This document shows positions 19,084 to 28,184 of a stretch of 45,343 nt of DNA, piece after piece. The stretch is from Gemmatimonadaceae bacterium. Its GTDB lineage: Bacteria; Gemmatimonadota; Gemmatimonadetes; Gemmatimonadales; Gemmatimonadaceae. Below the pieces are notes generated by a model. That model had not been told where the DNA came from, did not search any database, and saw nothing but the letters and a program-made list of their open reading frames with translations. The position numbers were made by a program, and so were the translations under genes. Within the stretch, counting starts at the first letter, position 1, and every line of letters begins with the position of its first letter. The DNA lies in NCBI GenBank assembly GCA_035551575.1, contig DASZNJ010000030.1, positions 1 to 45,343 of the forward strand. Direction: 5' to 3'.

Positions 19084-20604
19084 ATGCCGACGGTCCGCGC
19101 CCGACTGACGACGGCCTACGCGTTCGCCCTCGCTGCGACGCTGATCGCCTTCGCCATCGCCCTGCTCGTCGCGCGCCGTGCCGGCGCCTATCGCGAGCTC
19201 GCCGAGCGCGTGCAGGCGCAGGCGGCGGCGGTGCTCGAGGTGGTGCGCACCACGGAGGAGGAAGGGCTCCCTGTCACCGTCCGGAGCGACAGCACCGTCG
19301 GGCCGGTCGTCACGCCGCAGCTCTCGAAGAAGCTGCAGGGGGTCGGGGACTACGTCCTCATCCTCGACGCGAGCGGGCGCGCCCTGTACGCGTCGTTCTC
19401 CGCGGTCAACCTCGGCTTCGACGACTTCGCCAGGCTGCAGCAGGCCGCGCTTCAGGCGCCGCTCAACGGGCCATCGCAATTCGTGCAGCTCGACTCGGTG
19501 CGCCTCCTGCTCGTCGCGCAGCCGGACACCACCCAATCGCAGGTCGCGCGGATCGCGACAGCGGTGGACACCAGGCCGGCCGACGAGGCGCCGCGGGCGC
19601 TGGCAACGTCGCTGCTCGGCCTCGTGCCGCTGTTCCTGCTGCTTTCCACCTTCGCCGCGTACTTCATTTCGGGGCTGGCACTCCGCCCGGTCGAGTTGAT
19701 CATCAACGAGGTCGAGGCGATCACCGACGGACGCAGCCTGCACCGGCGCCTCCCCGCCGACATGGGGGGCGATGAGCTCGGGCGGCTCTCGAACACGTTG
19801 AACGAGATGATCGCCCGGCTCGAAACCTCGTTCGGCGCGCTGCGCCGCTTCACCGCCGACGCGAGTCACGAGCTCAAGACCCCGCTGACCGTGCTCCGCG
19901 CCGACGTCGAGCGGGCGATGAACCCGCGCTCCTCCCACAACGAGCAGCTCGTCGCGCTCGAGGAGGCGCTGCAGGAGACCGCGCGGATGACCGATCTCGT
20001 CGATTCGCTGCTGACGCTGGCGCGCGCCGACGAGGGGCGGTTCGAGATCGTGACGGAGCCGATCCACCTCGAGCCGCTCACGCGCGAGGTGTTCGAGACC
20101 GCCGTCATCCTCGGCGAGGATGCGGGACTCGAGGTCGGGCTGCCGGTAATCGAGGACGCGGTGGTGCTGGGCGACCGGACCCGCCTTCGCCAGCTGTTCC
20201 TGAACCTGATCACGAACGCGATCAAGTACACTCCGCGCGGGGGACGAGTGGAGGTCGCGCTGAGCCGGCGGACGGGGGAGGCGACGTTCACCGTACGCGA
20301 CACCGGAATTGGAATCGCCGCCGGGGACCTTCCCTACGTCTTCGAACGTTTCTGGCGGGCCGACCGGGCGCGCTCGCGCCAGGCGAGCGGGGATGCGGGT
20401 GCTCCCGGGCGCGGCGGGTTCGGGCTGGGGCTGTCGATCAGCCAGTACATCGCGCAGGCGCATGGCGGCTCGCTGACGGTGCAGTCGCGCCTCGGACGCG
20501 GCAGCGTCTTCACCGTCGCCCTCCCCCTCGCCGATGAGGGGGCCGCGGCTGGCAGGGGGGACCCGGGAGCGGGGATTTCTAACTCCGCGTTCACGAACTC
20601 TTAA
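19084..20604 (+). CDS. Membrane sensor histidine kinase (two TM helices, HAMP, HisKA, HATPase_c), CusS/BaeS-like
   Basis: H-box FTADASHELKTPLT, N-box NLITNAIKYT, G-boxes DTGIGI and GFGLGLSI. Periplasmic loop of about 150 aa between two hydrophobic helices. Confidence 0.88.
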   Translation: MPTVRARLTTAYAFALAATLIAFAIALLVARRAGAYRELAERVQAQAAAVLEVVRTTEEEGLPVTVRSDSTVGPVVTPQLSKKLQGVGDYVLILDASGRALYASFSAVNLGFDDFARLQQAALQAPLNGPSQFVQLDSVRLLLVAQPDTTQSQVARIATAVDTRPADEAPRALATSLLGLVPLFLLLSTFAAYFISGLALRPVELIINEVEAITDGRSLHRRLPADMGGDELGRLSNTLNEMIARLETSFGALRRFTADASHELKTPLTVLRADVERAMNPRSSHNEQLVALEEALQETARMTDLVDSLLTLARADEGRFEIVTEPIHLEPLTREVFETAVILGEDAGLEVGLPVIEDAVVLGDRTRLRQLFLNLITNAIKYTPRGGRVEVALSRRTGEATFTVRDTGIGIAAGDLPYVFERFWRADRARSRQASGDAGAPGRGGFGLGLSISQYIAQAHGGSLTVQSRLGRGSVFTVALPLADEGAAAGRGDPGAGISNSAFTNS

Positions 20605-20697
20605 TCTTCTTAATGTTCCTGTAGCACGCTGCCGGTGTAATTTGACGCACGAGGCTTGCATTGAGCCATTGGCGTCAACTCACCAGGGCCCGGTCGC

Positions 20698-21411
20698 ATG
20701 TTCGACAACCTGCTCGAGACGAAGAAGAAGAAGGAACGCACGCTCGGCGGCACGATCATCAGCGTCGTGATCCACGCGGTCGCCATCGGCGCCGCCGTGT
20801 ACGGCACGCTGAACGCTCATGAAGCCATCATCCAGAAGCCGAAGGCGGAGAAGGTCGACTTCGTCGAGGTGAAGAAGGAAGAGCCGAAGCAGGAGCCCGA
20901 GAAGGCTCCGCCGCCGCCGGAAGTGACGGTCGCGCCGCCCCCGCCGAAGGGGTTCCAGGTGCTGGCCGCTCCGGTGAACATCCCGGACGTCATCCCCGAC
21001 ATCGACCTGTCGAAGAAGGTGACCGATGAAGCGGACTTCTCCGGCAAGGGCGTCGCCGGTGGAGTCGGCCGCGGGGTCGTGGGCGGCACCGGCTCGGCGA
21101 ACAACGAGGGCGCGTACTTCGAGTTCCAGGTCGAGAAGACCGTTCTCCCGAACCCGAACAACCCGTCGCCGACCTACCCGTCGATGCTGCAGACGGCTGG
21201 CGTCGAAGGGCGCGTGCTCGCGCAGTTCGTCGTCGACACGTCGGGCAAGGCCGACATGGGCACCTTCAAGGTGCTCGAGACGTCGCACGAGCTGTTCTCG
21301 CAGGCGGTCCGGCAGGCACTTCCGCGAATGCGCTTCTTCCCGGCCGAGATCGGGGGCAAGAAGGTTCGCCAGGTCGTGCAGCAGCCGTTCACCTTCGCGA
21401 TCGGCAAGTAA
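20698..21411 (+). CDS. tonB: TonB-family energy transducer
   Basis: N-terminal anchor helix (GGTIISVVIHAVAIGAAVYG), a Lys/Glu/Pro-rich linker (KAPPPPEVTVAPPPPKG) and a TonB C-terminal domain (YPSMLQTAGVEGRVLAQFVVDTSGK...FFPAEIGGKKVRQVVQQPFTF). Confidence 0.85.
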   Translation: MFDNLLETKKKKERTLGGTIISVVIHAVAIGAAVYGTLNAHEAIIQKPKAEKVDFVEVKKEEPKQEPEKAPPPPEVTVAPPPPKGFQVLAAPVNIPDVIPDIDLSKKVTDEADFSGKGVAGGVGRGVVGGTGSANNEGAYFEFQVEKTVLPNPNNPSPTYPSMLQTAGVEGRVLAQFVVDTSGKADMGTFKVLETSHELFSQAVRQALPRMRFFPAEIGGKKVRQVVQQPFTFAIGK

Positions 21412-21516
21412 CCGCGGTTCACCCGCGCGCGGCGCGGGACAAGTGTTCGTCACCCGTTCGTCAGTCGTCACCCACGTCGCCGTCAGGCGCGCCATTCACC
21501 CGAGGATTCACGTCGT

Positions 21517-22257
21517 ATGAGTCTGTCCCTGCTCGACCTCTGGAAGTCGATGGGCCTGTTCGCGAAGGGCATCGTCGTGGTGCTCTTCATCATGTCCCTC
21601 TGGTCGTTGACGATCGCGATCCAGAAGTGGTGGGCCCTCCGCGCGGCACGCCGCGAGACGATGAAGTTCACCCCCGAGTTCTCGCAGTTCCTCGAGGAGG
21701 ACAACATCACCGAGGCGATCAAGCTCGCCGAGGGGTACAAGAAGTCGCACGTCGCCCGCGTGCTTGGCGGCGCGCTCGGCGAGGTGAAGCCGTTGATCCA
21801 GGACGGCTCGGTCACGGTCGCCGACATCAACTCGGCTGAGCGTGCGGTCGAGCGCAACATGCTCCTCGAAGTGACGGACCTGAAGCGTGGCTCGGGGGTC
21901 CTCGCGACCGTCGGCTCGACGGCGCCGTTCGTCGGGCTGCTCGGCACCACGATGGGTATCGTCAACGCCTTCACGGCGATGGCCGCGACGGGCTCGGGCG
22001 GTCTGGCCTCGATCGGTTCCGGTATCGCCGAGGCGCTGATCACGACGGCGTTCGGCCTCATCGTCGCGATTCCGGCGGTGTGGGCGTACAACTACTTCCA
22101 GACGAAGGTCGACAACCTGTCGGCCGAGATGACGTATGTCTCGAAGGAGTTCATCGACTACCTGATCAAGGGCGTATCGGGCGAGTTCGGCCGGTCGCGC
22201 TTCACCCGCGAGTTCAACCCGCAGGGCCCCGGCAACAGCAACCCGATCAGCAAGTAA
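21517..22257 (+). CDS. exbB: MotA/TolQ/ExbB-family proton channel
   Basis: Three TM helices with the conserved stretch APFVGLLGTTMGIVNAF...GIAEALITTAFGLIVAIPA. Confidence 0.9.
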   Translation: MSLSLLDLWKSMGLFAKGIVVVLFIMSLWSLTIAIQKWWALRAARRETMKFTPEFSQFLEEDNITEAIKLAEGYKKSHVARVLGGALGEVKPLIQDGSVTVADINSAERAVERNMLLEVTDLKRGSGVLATVGSTAPFVGLLGTTMGIVNAFTAMAATGSGGLASIGSGIAEALITTAFGLIVAIPAVWAYNYFQTKVDNLSAEMTYVSKEFIDYLIKGVSGEFGRSRFTREFNPQGPGNSNPISK

Positions 22258-22287
22258 CCGCGACATACTGAGGAAGGAGGATTTCCG

Positions 22288-22770
22288 ATGGCGATGTCCG
22301 CGGGCAGTGACAGCGGGAGTGTCAAGGCGGAGCCGAACGTGACGCCGATGATCGACGTCATGCTCGTGCTGCTCATCATCTTCATGGTGGTGGCGCCGGC
22401 ACTCCTCGCGGGGTTCAATGCGAACCCCCCGGAAGGGCAGAACCTGAAGGCGCATCCGGTCGATGAGGAGACGGACCAGACGTTAGGCATCGACAAGGAT
22501 GGCAACTACTACCTGAACAAGCAGCCGATCCGGTACGAGGACATTCCGGCGCGGCTGCAGCAGATCTACTCGGCACGGACCGAGGACAAGGTTCTCTACG
22601 TGAAGGCGGACAAGAACCTCGACTACGCGAAGGTGCTCGACGCCCTCGACATCGCCGGGAAGGCCGGGGTCGCGATGACGGGGATGATCTCGGATCAGAC
22701 CCCGGGCACGACGTCCACCGTCGCCGGTGACAACCCGACGCCGGCGCCGGCACCTGGAGGAGCGCACTGA
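22288..22770 (+). CDS. exbD: ExbD/TolR-family biopolymer transport protein (copy 1)
   Basis: NVTPMIDVMLVLLIIFMV anchor motif. Strong RBS GGAAGGAGG upstream. Confidence 0.9.
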   Translation: MAMSAGSDSGSVKAEPNVTPMIDVMLVLLIIFMVVAPALLAGFNANPPEGQNLKAHPVDEETDQTLGIDKDGNYYLNKQPIRYEDIPARLQQIYSARTEDKVLYVKADKNLDYAKVLDALDIAGKAGVAMTGMISDQTPGTTSTVAGDNPTPAPAPGGAH

Positions 22771-23186
22771 TGGCGATGAGCACAGGTGGTGGCGGCGGGC
22801 TGACGAACGAGATCAACGTCACGCCGATGATCGACGTGCTGCTCGTGCTGCTGATCATCTTCATGGCGGCGCTGCCGTCGATGCGGAAGGCGATCGACCT
22901 CCAGCTCCCCGACCCGACGCCGAGCACGGCACCGACGAACTCGCAGATCAACCAGATCGTGATGGAGCTCGGGCCGAACGACTACTTCGCACTCAACAAG
23001 GAAGTGGTCCCGAAGGCGAACCTCGCGGCGCGGCTGAAGGAGATCTACACGGGGCGTCCGGAGAAGATCATCTTCGTGAAGGGTGATCCGAAGCTGAAGT
23101 ACCAGGACGTGATCTGGGCGATGGACGTAGCGCGCGGTTCCGGCGTGAAAGTCATCGGCGTCCCGCCAAAGGACGCGGCGAAGTAA
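22770..23186 (+). CDS. exbD: ExbD/TolR-family biopolymer transport protein (copy 2)
   Basis: INVTPMIDVLLVLLIIFM motif. The start overlaps the preceding stop (TGATG). Confidence 0.9.
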   Translation: MAMSTGGGGGLTNEINVTPMIDVLLVLLIIFMAALPSMRKAIDLQLPDPTPSTAPTNSQINQIVMELGPNDYFALNKEVVPKANLAARLKEIYTGRPEKIIFVKGDPKLKYQDVIWAMDVARGSGVKVIGVPPKDAAK

Positions 23187-23321
23187 GGGCCCCCTTCGCC
23201 GCCGTCAGGCGGAGCGTCGTGGCGTGACGAACTGGTGATCTGGTGCGGCGGACGAACCTTTCGGGGGCGTCCGCCGTATCATTTCGGCCGGGGACGAAGC
23301 ACTGATGAGCGCGGAGCTGCG

Positions 23322-24182
23322 ATGAGCGAGAGCGGTCCGTTCGACGAGCAGACAGGAGAGCGCGAGAGCTGGCGCGAGCCGGGTCCCGCCGCGGTACGCC
23401 CGCGCCTGAGGCTGCCGACGAAGTTGCCGCGGCCGGCTGGCGCGCGCGAGCGGAGCCGGATCAGCGCGCTCATCTCGTTCGCGCTGCACGCGCTGATCAT
23501 CGGGCTGCTCGTCCTCCCCGCGCTCCTCTCGCCGAGCGTACGCTCCGCCCTCGCGACGGGCGCTGGCGGCGCCGGCCCGGCCGGGGGCGGCGGCGGGAGC
23601 GGCGGCGTGTTCGGGACGCGCGAGACGCTTCGCTACGTGCGCGTCGCGCCCGAGCCCGTCCCCGCGCAGGCCACGCCGGTGCCGGTACCCGTGCCGAAAC
23701 CCGTGCCCCCGAAGCCAGCCGAGGTGAAGCCGCCGACCCCCCAGGTCGAGCCGCAGGCCACGCCACCGCCGACCGACGCCGCGCCGGCGACAGGGGGCGC
23801 GGCCGGGGCCGGAAACACGAGTGGCAGCGGGGGAGCAGGTCCGGGCAGCGGCGGGGGGACCGGCTCCGGGATCGGCACAGGCACGGGGAGCGCGAACGGC
23901 CCCGGGACGGGCGGGGGAGCGGACAGCGTGTATCCGCCGCAGCCGACACAGGTCTTCATCCCACCGACGCCGATTCCCTCGAAGATCCGCCCCTTCACCC
24001 TCGTCGCGCAGTTCGACGTCGACTCGAGCGGGAAGGTGCTGAGCGTCGACTTCAACGAGACGCGCGACGGCGGCTACAACAAGAAGCTGCGTGAACAGCT
24101 CGCGCGCATCCGGTTCCGCCCCGCCGTGAAGCGGGACGGCACCCCGATCCGCGCGACGGCGCAGATCGAGTACGACATGTAG
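23322..24182 (+). CDS. Second TonB-like protein with a Gly/Pro-rich linker
   Basis: Anchor helix ISALISFALHALIIGLLVL, a long Pro/Gly-rich spacer, and a C-terminal TonB_C-like segment (VAQFDVDSSGKVLSVDF...IRFRPAVKRDGTPIRATAQIEY). Start chosen at the internal ATG 23322. Confidence 0.7.
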   Translation: MSESGPFDEQTGERESWREPGPAAVRPRLRLPTKLPRPAGARERSRISALISFALHALIIGLLVLPALLSPSVRSALATGAGGAGPAGGGGGSGGVFGTRETLRYVRVAPEPVPAQATPVPVPVPKPVPPKPAEVKPPTPQVEPQATPPPTDAAPATGGAAGAGNTSGSGGAGPGSGGGTGSGIGTGTGSANGPGTGGGADSVYPPQPTQVFIPPTPIPSKIRPFTLVAQFDVDSSGKVLSVDFNETRDGGYNKKLREQLARIRFRPAVKRDGTPIRATAQIEYDM

Positions 24183-24335
24183 CTGGCGCGAGGGCGTGGT
24201 AAATCCGCTCTCATTATAGCCGCCATTCGCTCTGGCCAACCCCAGCGGTCGCCGCTACATTGACGCGACCGTAAACCGCGTCGCGGCATCGCCTTCCCGC
24301 TGCCGACGCTCCGCCCGACATCGAGGAAATCCCGG

Positions 24336-25874
24336 ATGAGCAGCGTAGCCGCCGCGCCCGACGCGGTGACCGACACGCAGCCCGAATTCGTGAAGGCGCT
24401 GACGTTGACCGACGCGACGATGCTGGTCGCGGGGTCGATGATCGGCTCCGGGATCTTTCTCGTCTCCGCCGACATCGCGCGCCAGGTCCAGTCCCCCTTC
24501 TGGCTGATCATGGCCTGGGTGCTCTCCGGCGTGATGACGGTGCTCGCCGCACTCGCCTACGGGGAGCTTGCGGCGATGTACCCCAGGGCCGGCGGCCAAT
24601 ACGTCTTCCTCAGAGAGTCCATGGGTCCGCTCATGGGCTTTCTTTACGGCTGGACCCTGTTCGTCGTGATCCAGACCGGCACCATCGCCGCCGTCGCCGT
24701 CGCCTTCGGCAAATTCCTCGGCGTGCTCTGGCCGGCGATCTCGCCGGACCGCTACGGCTGGTTCCCGCAGGCCGACGTCTGCTCCGCGGCGTTAGGCTGC
24801 CGCGACGCGGCGACGCAGAGCATCCAGCTCGGGCTCACCCCGCAACGGCTGGTCGCGCTGATCATGATCTGGGTGCTGACCTGGGTGAACCTGCGCGGCG
24901 TTCGCGAGGGAAAGCTGGTCCAGACGACGCTGACCACCGTGAAGACGCTCGCGCTCGCCGGGCTGATCATCCTCGGCCTCACCGTCGGGCGCAACGCGAC
25001 GGCGCTGCAGGCGAACTTCGGTGCCGGGAACTTCGGCGGATTCTCCGGGATCACCGGCGCCTTCGTGCTTGCCTTCGGCGCCGCGATGGTAGGCTCGCTG
25101 TTCTCGAGCGATGCGTGGAACAACGTCACCTTCGCCGCCGCCGAGGTGAAGAACCCGCAGCGCAACCTCCCGCGCGCGCTGTTCTTCGGCACGGGTCTCG
25201 TCTGCCTCCTCTACATCGTCGCCAACTTCGCCTATCTCTCGGTGCTGCCTCTCCACGGCGACCCTGCCGGTGCCGACGTGATGCAGCGCGGGATCATGTA
25301 CGCGACGCAGGACCGCGTCGGCACCGCCGTCGCCGAGACGATCTTCAGCGGCTACGGCGCGACGATCATGGCGGTCGCGATCCTGATCTCGACGTTCGGC
25401 TGCAACAACGGCCTCATTCTCGCCGGGGCGCGCGTCTACTGGGCAATGGCCCGCGACCGGCTGTTCTTCCGCCGCGTCGGGCGGCTCAACGCGAAGCATG
25501 TCCCGGCGGCCGGGCTGATCGCGCAATCCATCTGGACGAGCATCCTCTGCCTGACGGGGACGTACAACCAGCTGCTCGACTTCGTGATCTTCGCGGCGCT
25601 GCTCTTCTACGTCGCGACGATCGCCGGGCTGTTCATCCTCCGCCGGCGGCTGCCTGACGCGCCGCGGCCGTACCGCGCCGTGGGCTACCCGGTGCTCCCC
25701 GCTCTCTACATCATTCTCGCGGCGGCCGTTGCCGTCGTGCTCCTGATTGCCGACAAGACGCGCACGCAGGCCTTCTCCGGGCTCGTGCTCGTGCTGATCG
25801 GTGTTCCCGTGTACTTCCTCTGGCGCCGCGTCGAGGGGCGCGGCCCGGCGCAGGTACCTGACGGGCGCGCCTGA
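24336..25874 (+). CDS. APC-superfamily amino acid permease
   Basis: 512 aa, about 12 TM helices. N-terminal LTLTDATMLVAGSMIGSGIF motif typical of APC transporters. Confidence 0.85.
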   Translation: MSSVAAAPDAVTDTQPEFVKALTLTDATMLVAGSMIGSGIFLVSADIARQVQSPFWLIMAWVLSGVMTVLAALAYGELAAMYPRAGGQYVFLRESMGPLMGFLYGWTLFVVIQTGTIAAVAVAFGKFLGVLWPAISPDRYGWFPQADVCSAALGCRDAATQSIQLGLTPQRLVALIMIWVLTWVNLRGVREGKLVQTTLTTVKTLALAGLIILGLTVGRNATALQANFGAGNFGGFSGITGAFVLAFGAAMVGSLFSSDAWNNVTFAAAEVKNPQRNLPRALFFGTGLVCLLYIVANFAYLSVLPLHGDPAGADVMQRGIMYATQDRVGTAVAETIFSGYGATIMAVAILISTFGCNNGLILAGARVYWAMARDRLFFRRVGRLNAKHVPAAGLIAQSIWTSILCLTGTYNQLLDFVIFAALLFYVATIAGLFILRRRLPDAPRPYRAVGYPVLPALYIILAAAVAVVLLIADKTRTQAFSGLVLVLIGVPVYFLWRRVEGRGPAQVPDGRA

Positions 25875-25906
25875 CGCGCGCCGCTTCACTCCTCTTCACC
25901 GGTAAC

Positions 25907-28093
25907 ATGACTTCATCGCAGTCGACCCTGCTGTGGATCGTCCTCGGATGCAGCGTGTTCGCGCTGTTGTTCGCCACATGGCTCGCCCGCTGGGTGCTCG
26001 CCCGCGGACGCGGAACTCCGGAGATGCAGCGCATCTCCAACGCGATCCAGCAGGGCGCCGAGGCATACCTGGCGCGCCAGTACAAGACCATCGCGATGCT
26101 GTCGATCGTCGTCGCCATCCTGATCGGCGTCGGCTACGGCTATTTCCGCGCGACCACCGAGCATGATCCGGTGAGCAGCGCGAAGACCCTCGCCCTCTAC
26201 GTCACCGGCTCCTTCCTGCTCGGCGCGATCAGCTCCGGCATCGCCGGCTTCATGGGGATGTGGATCTCGATCCGCGCGAACATCCGCGTCGCCTCGGCGG
26301 CGATGACGTCGCTCAACGGCGCGCTGCAGACCGCGCTGCGCGGGGGCGCGGTGTCCGGACTGTTCACCGTCGCGATGAGCCTTCTCGGCGTCGGCGGGCT
26401 GTTCGCGCTCCTCGATGCGTTCCCCCCGGCCGGGATCTCTCCCGACCAGTGGGCTACCAGGATCCCGTTCCTGATCGTCGGCTACGGCTTCGGCGCGTCG
26501 TTCGTGGCGCTGTTCGCGCAGCTTGGCGGCGGGATCTACACCAAGGCGGCGGACGTCGGCGCCGACCTCGTCGGGAAGGTCGAAGCGGGGATTCCCGAGG
26601 ATGATCCGCGCAACCCGGCGGTGATCGCGGACCTCGTCGGCGACAACGTCGGCGACTGCGCCGGCCGTGGCGCCGACCTCTTCGAGTCGACCGCCGCCGA
26701 GAACATCGGCGCGATGATCCTCGGCGTCCTGCTCTACGGCCAGTTCGGGGTGAACGGGATCCTCTTCCCGCTCGTGATCATGGCGTTGGGCCTCGTCTGC
26801 TCGATCGTCGGCGTGATGACGGTCAGCACGAAGGAGGACGCCGATCCGATGGCGGCGCTCAACCGCGGCTACTACGTGACGGCGGCGCTGGTGACGGTGG
26901 CGTTCTTCTTCGCGACGAGGTGGCTGCTCAACCCGGCGAGCGCGCCTGACGCCTGGTGGCACTACTTCGCCTGCGGGTTGATCGGGATCGCGACCTCGAT
27001 CGCCTTCGTCTTCATCACGCAGTACTACACCGAGTACCGCTACCGTCCCGTGCTCGGCATCGCCGAGGCGAGCCAGACGGGGCCGGCGACCAACATCATC
27101 GCCGGCCTCGCGGTCGGGATGGAGTCGACGGTCCTCCCGGTGATCGTGATCGGGATCGCGATCATCGCCAGCTACACGTTAGGCACGACCAGCGGACTGG
27201 TGAACGCGGCCGGCGAGCCGATCGGCGGGCTGTTCGGCACGGCGGCGGCGACGATGGGAATGCTCGGCACGTGCGGCTACATCCTGGCGATGGATGTCTT
27301 CGGACCGATCACCGACAACGCCGGCGGGATCGTCGAGATGTCGCGGCAGCCGGAGAGCGTGCGCGACAAGACCGACCGGCTCGACTCCGTCGGCAACACG
27401 ACGAAGGCGCTGACGAAGGGCTACGCGATCGGCTCGGCGGCGCTCGCCGCCTTCCTGCTGTTCAGCGCCTACCTCGACGAGGTCCGCAACTACACGGGGC
27501 AGACGCTGCACGTCGACCTGTCGAAGCCGGCGGTGTTCGTCGCCGGACTGCTCGGCGCGATGCTCGTCTTCTGGTTCTCGTCGCTGGCGATGACCGCGGT
27601 GCGCAAGGCGGCATCGAGCGTGATCACCGAGGTGCGCCGCCAGTTCCGCGAGCGCCCGGGGATCATGCAGGGCACCGAGGAGCCGGACTACGCGAGCTGC
27701 GTCGACATCGTCACGGTCGGCGCGCTCAAGGCGATGGTGCTTCCCGGGGCGCTGGTGGTGCTGTTCCCGATCGTCGTCGGGATGACGTTCAAGCACTTCG
27801 CGCCGCGCAACCAGTATCTCGGCGCCGAGGCGGTCGCGGCGCTGCTGATGGTCGGCACCATCGCCGGGATCCTGATGGCCGGCTTCCTGAACAACGGCGG
27901 CGGCGCCTGGGACAACGCGAAGAAGTACATCGAGACCGGCGTCTACGGCGGCAAGCGCTCCGACGCGCACAAGGCGGCGGTGGTCGGCGACACTGTCGGC
28001 GACCCGTTCAAGGACACCGCGGGCCCGTCGCTGCACGTGCTGATCAAGCTGTTGAGCACGATCACGCTCGTGCTGGCGCCGCTGTTCATCTGA
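25907..28093 (+). CDS. hppA: Membrane-integral proton-translocating pyrophosphatase, K+-independent type by motif
   Basis: Signature motifs GGGIYTKAADVGADLVGKVE, DNVGDCAGRGADLFES, GGAWDNAKKYIE and GDTVGDPFKDTAGPSLHVLIKL. GNTTKA carries Lys rather than Ala. Confidence 0.95.
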   Translation: MTSSQSTLLWIVLGCSVFALLFATWLARWVLARGRGTPEMQRISNAIQQGAEAYLARQYKTIAMLSIVVAILIGVGYGYFRATTEHDPVSSAKTLALYVTGSFLLGAISSGIAGFMGMWISIRANIRVASAAMTSLNGALQTALRGGAVSGLFTVAMSLLGVGGLFALLDAFPPAGISPDQWATRIPFLIVGYGFGASFVALFAQLGGGIYTKAADVGADLVGKVEAGIPEDDPRNPAVIADLVGDNVGDCAGRGADLFESTAAENIGAMILGVLLYGQFGVNGILFPLVIMALGLVCSIVGVMTVSTKEDADPMAALNRGYYVTAALVTVAFFFATRWLLNPASAPDAWWHYFACGLIGIATSIAFVFITQYYTEYRYRPVLGIAEASQTGPATNIIAGLAVGMESTVLPVIVIGIAIIASYTLGTTSGLVNAAGEPIGGLFGTAAATMGMLGTCGYILAMDVFGPITDNAGGIVEMSRQPESVRDKTDRLDSVGNTTKALTKGYAIGSAALAAFLLFSAYLDEVRNYTGQTLHVDLSKPAVFVAGLLGAMLVFWFSSLAMTAVRKAASSVITEVRRQFRERPGIMQGTEEPDYASCVDIVTVGALKAMVLPGALVVLFPIVVGMTFKHFAPRNQYLGAEAVAALLMVGTIAGILMAGFLNNGGGAWDNAKKYIETGVYGGKRSDAHKAAVVGDTVGDPFKDTAGPSLHVLIKLLSTITLVLAPLFI

Positions 28094-28101
28094 TCGGCGA
28101 C

Positions 28102-28134
28102 GGCGACGGGGGCGGCGCAACCGCCCCCGTCGCC
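28102..28134 (+). terminator. Perfect 14-bp GC hairpin after hppA
   Basis: GGCGACGGGGGCGG-CGCAA-CCGCCCCCGTCGCC. No U-tract. Confidence 0.55.
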
Positions 28135-28184
28135 GCTCCATTACGGGCGGCCCAGCTCCCGCCCGGTACCAGTTCCCACGACTC

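Noticed and set aside
20598-20620. AT-rich CTTAATCTTCTTAAT upstream of tonB as a Fur box
   Set aside because: It is a direct repeat, not a palindrome. It matches the GATAATGATAATCATTATC consensus poorly, and its first TTAAT includes the kinase stop codon.
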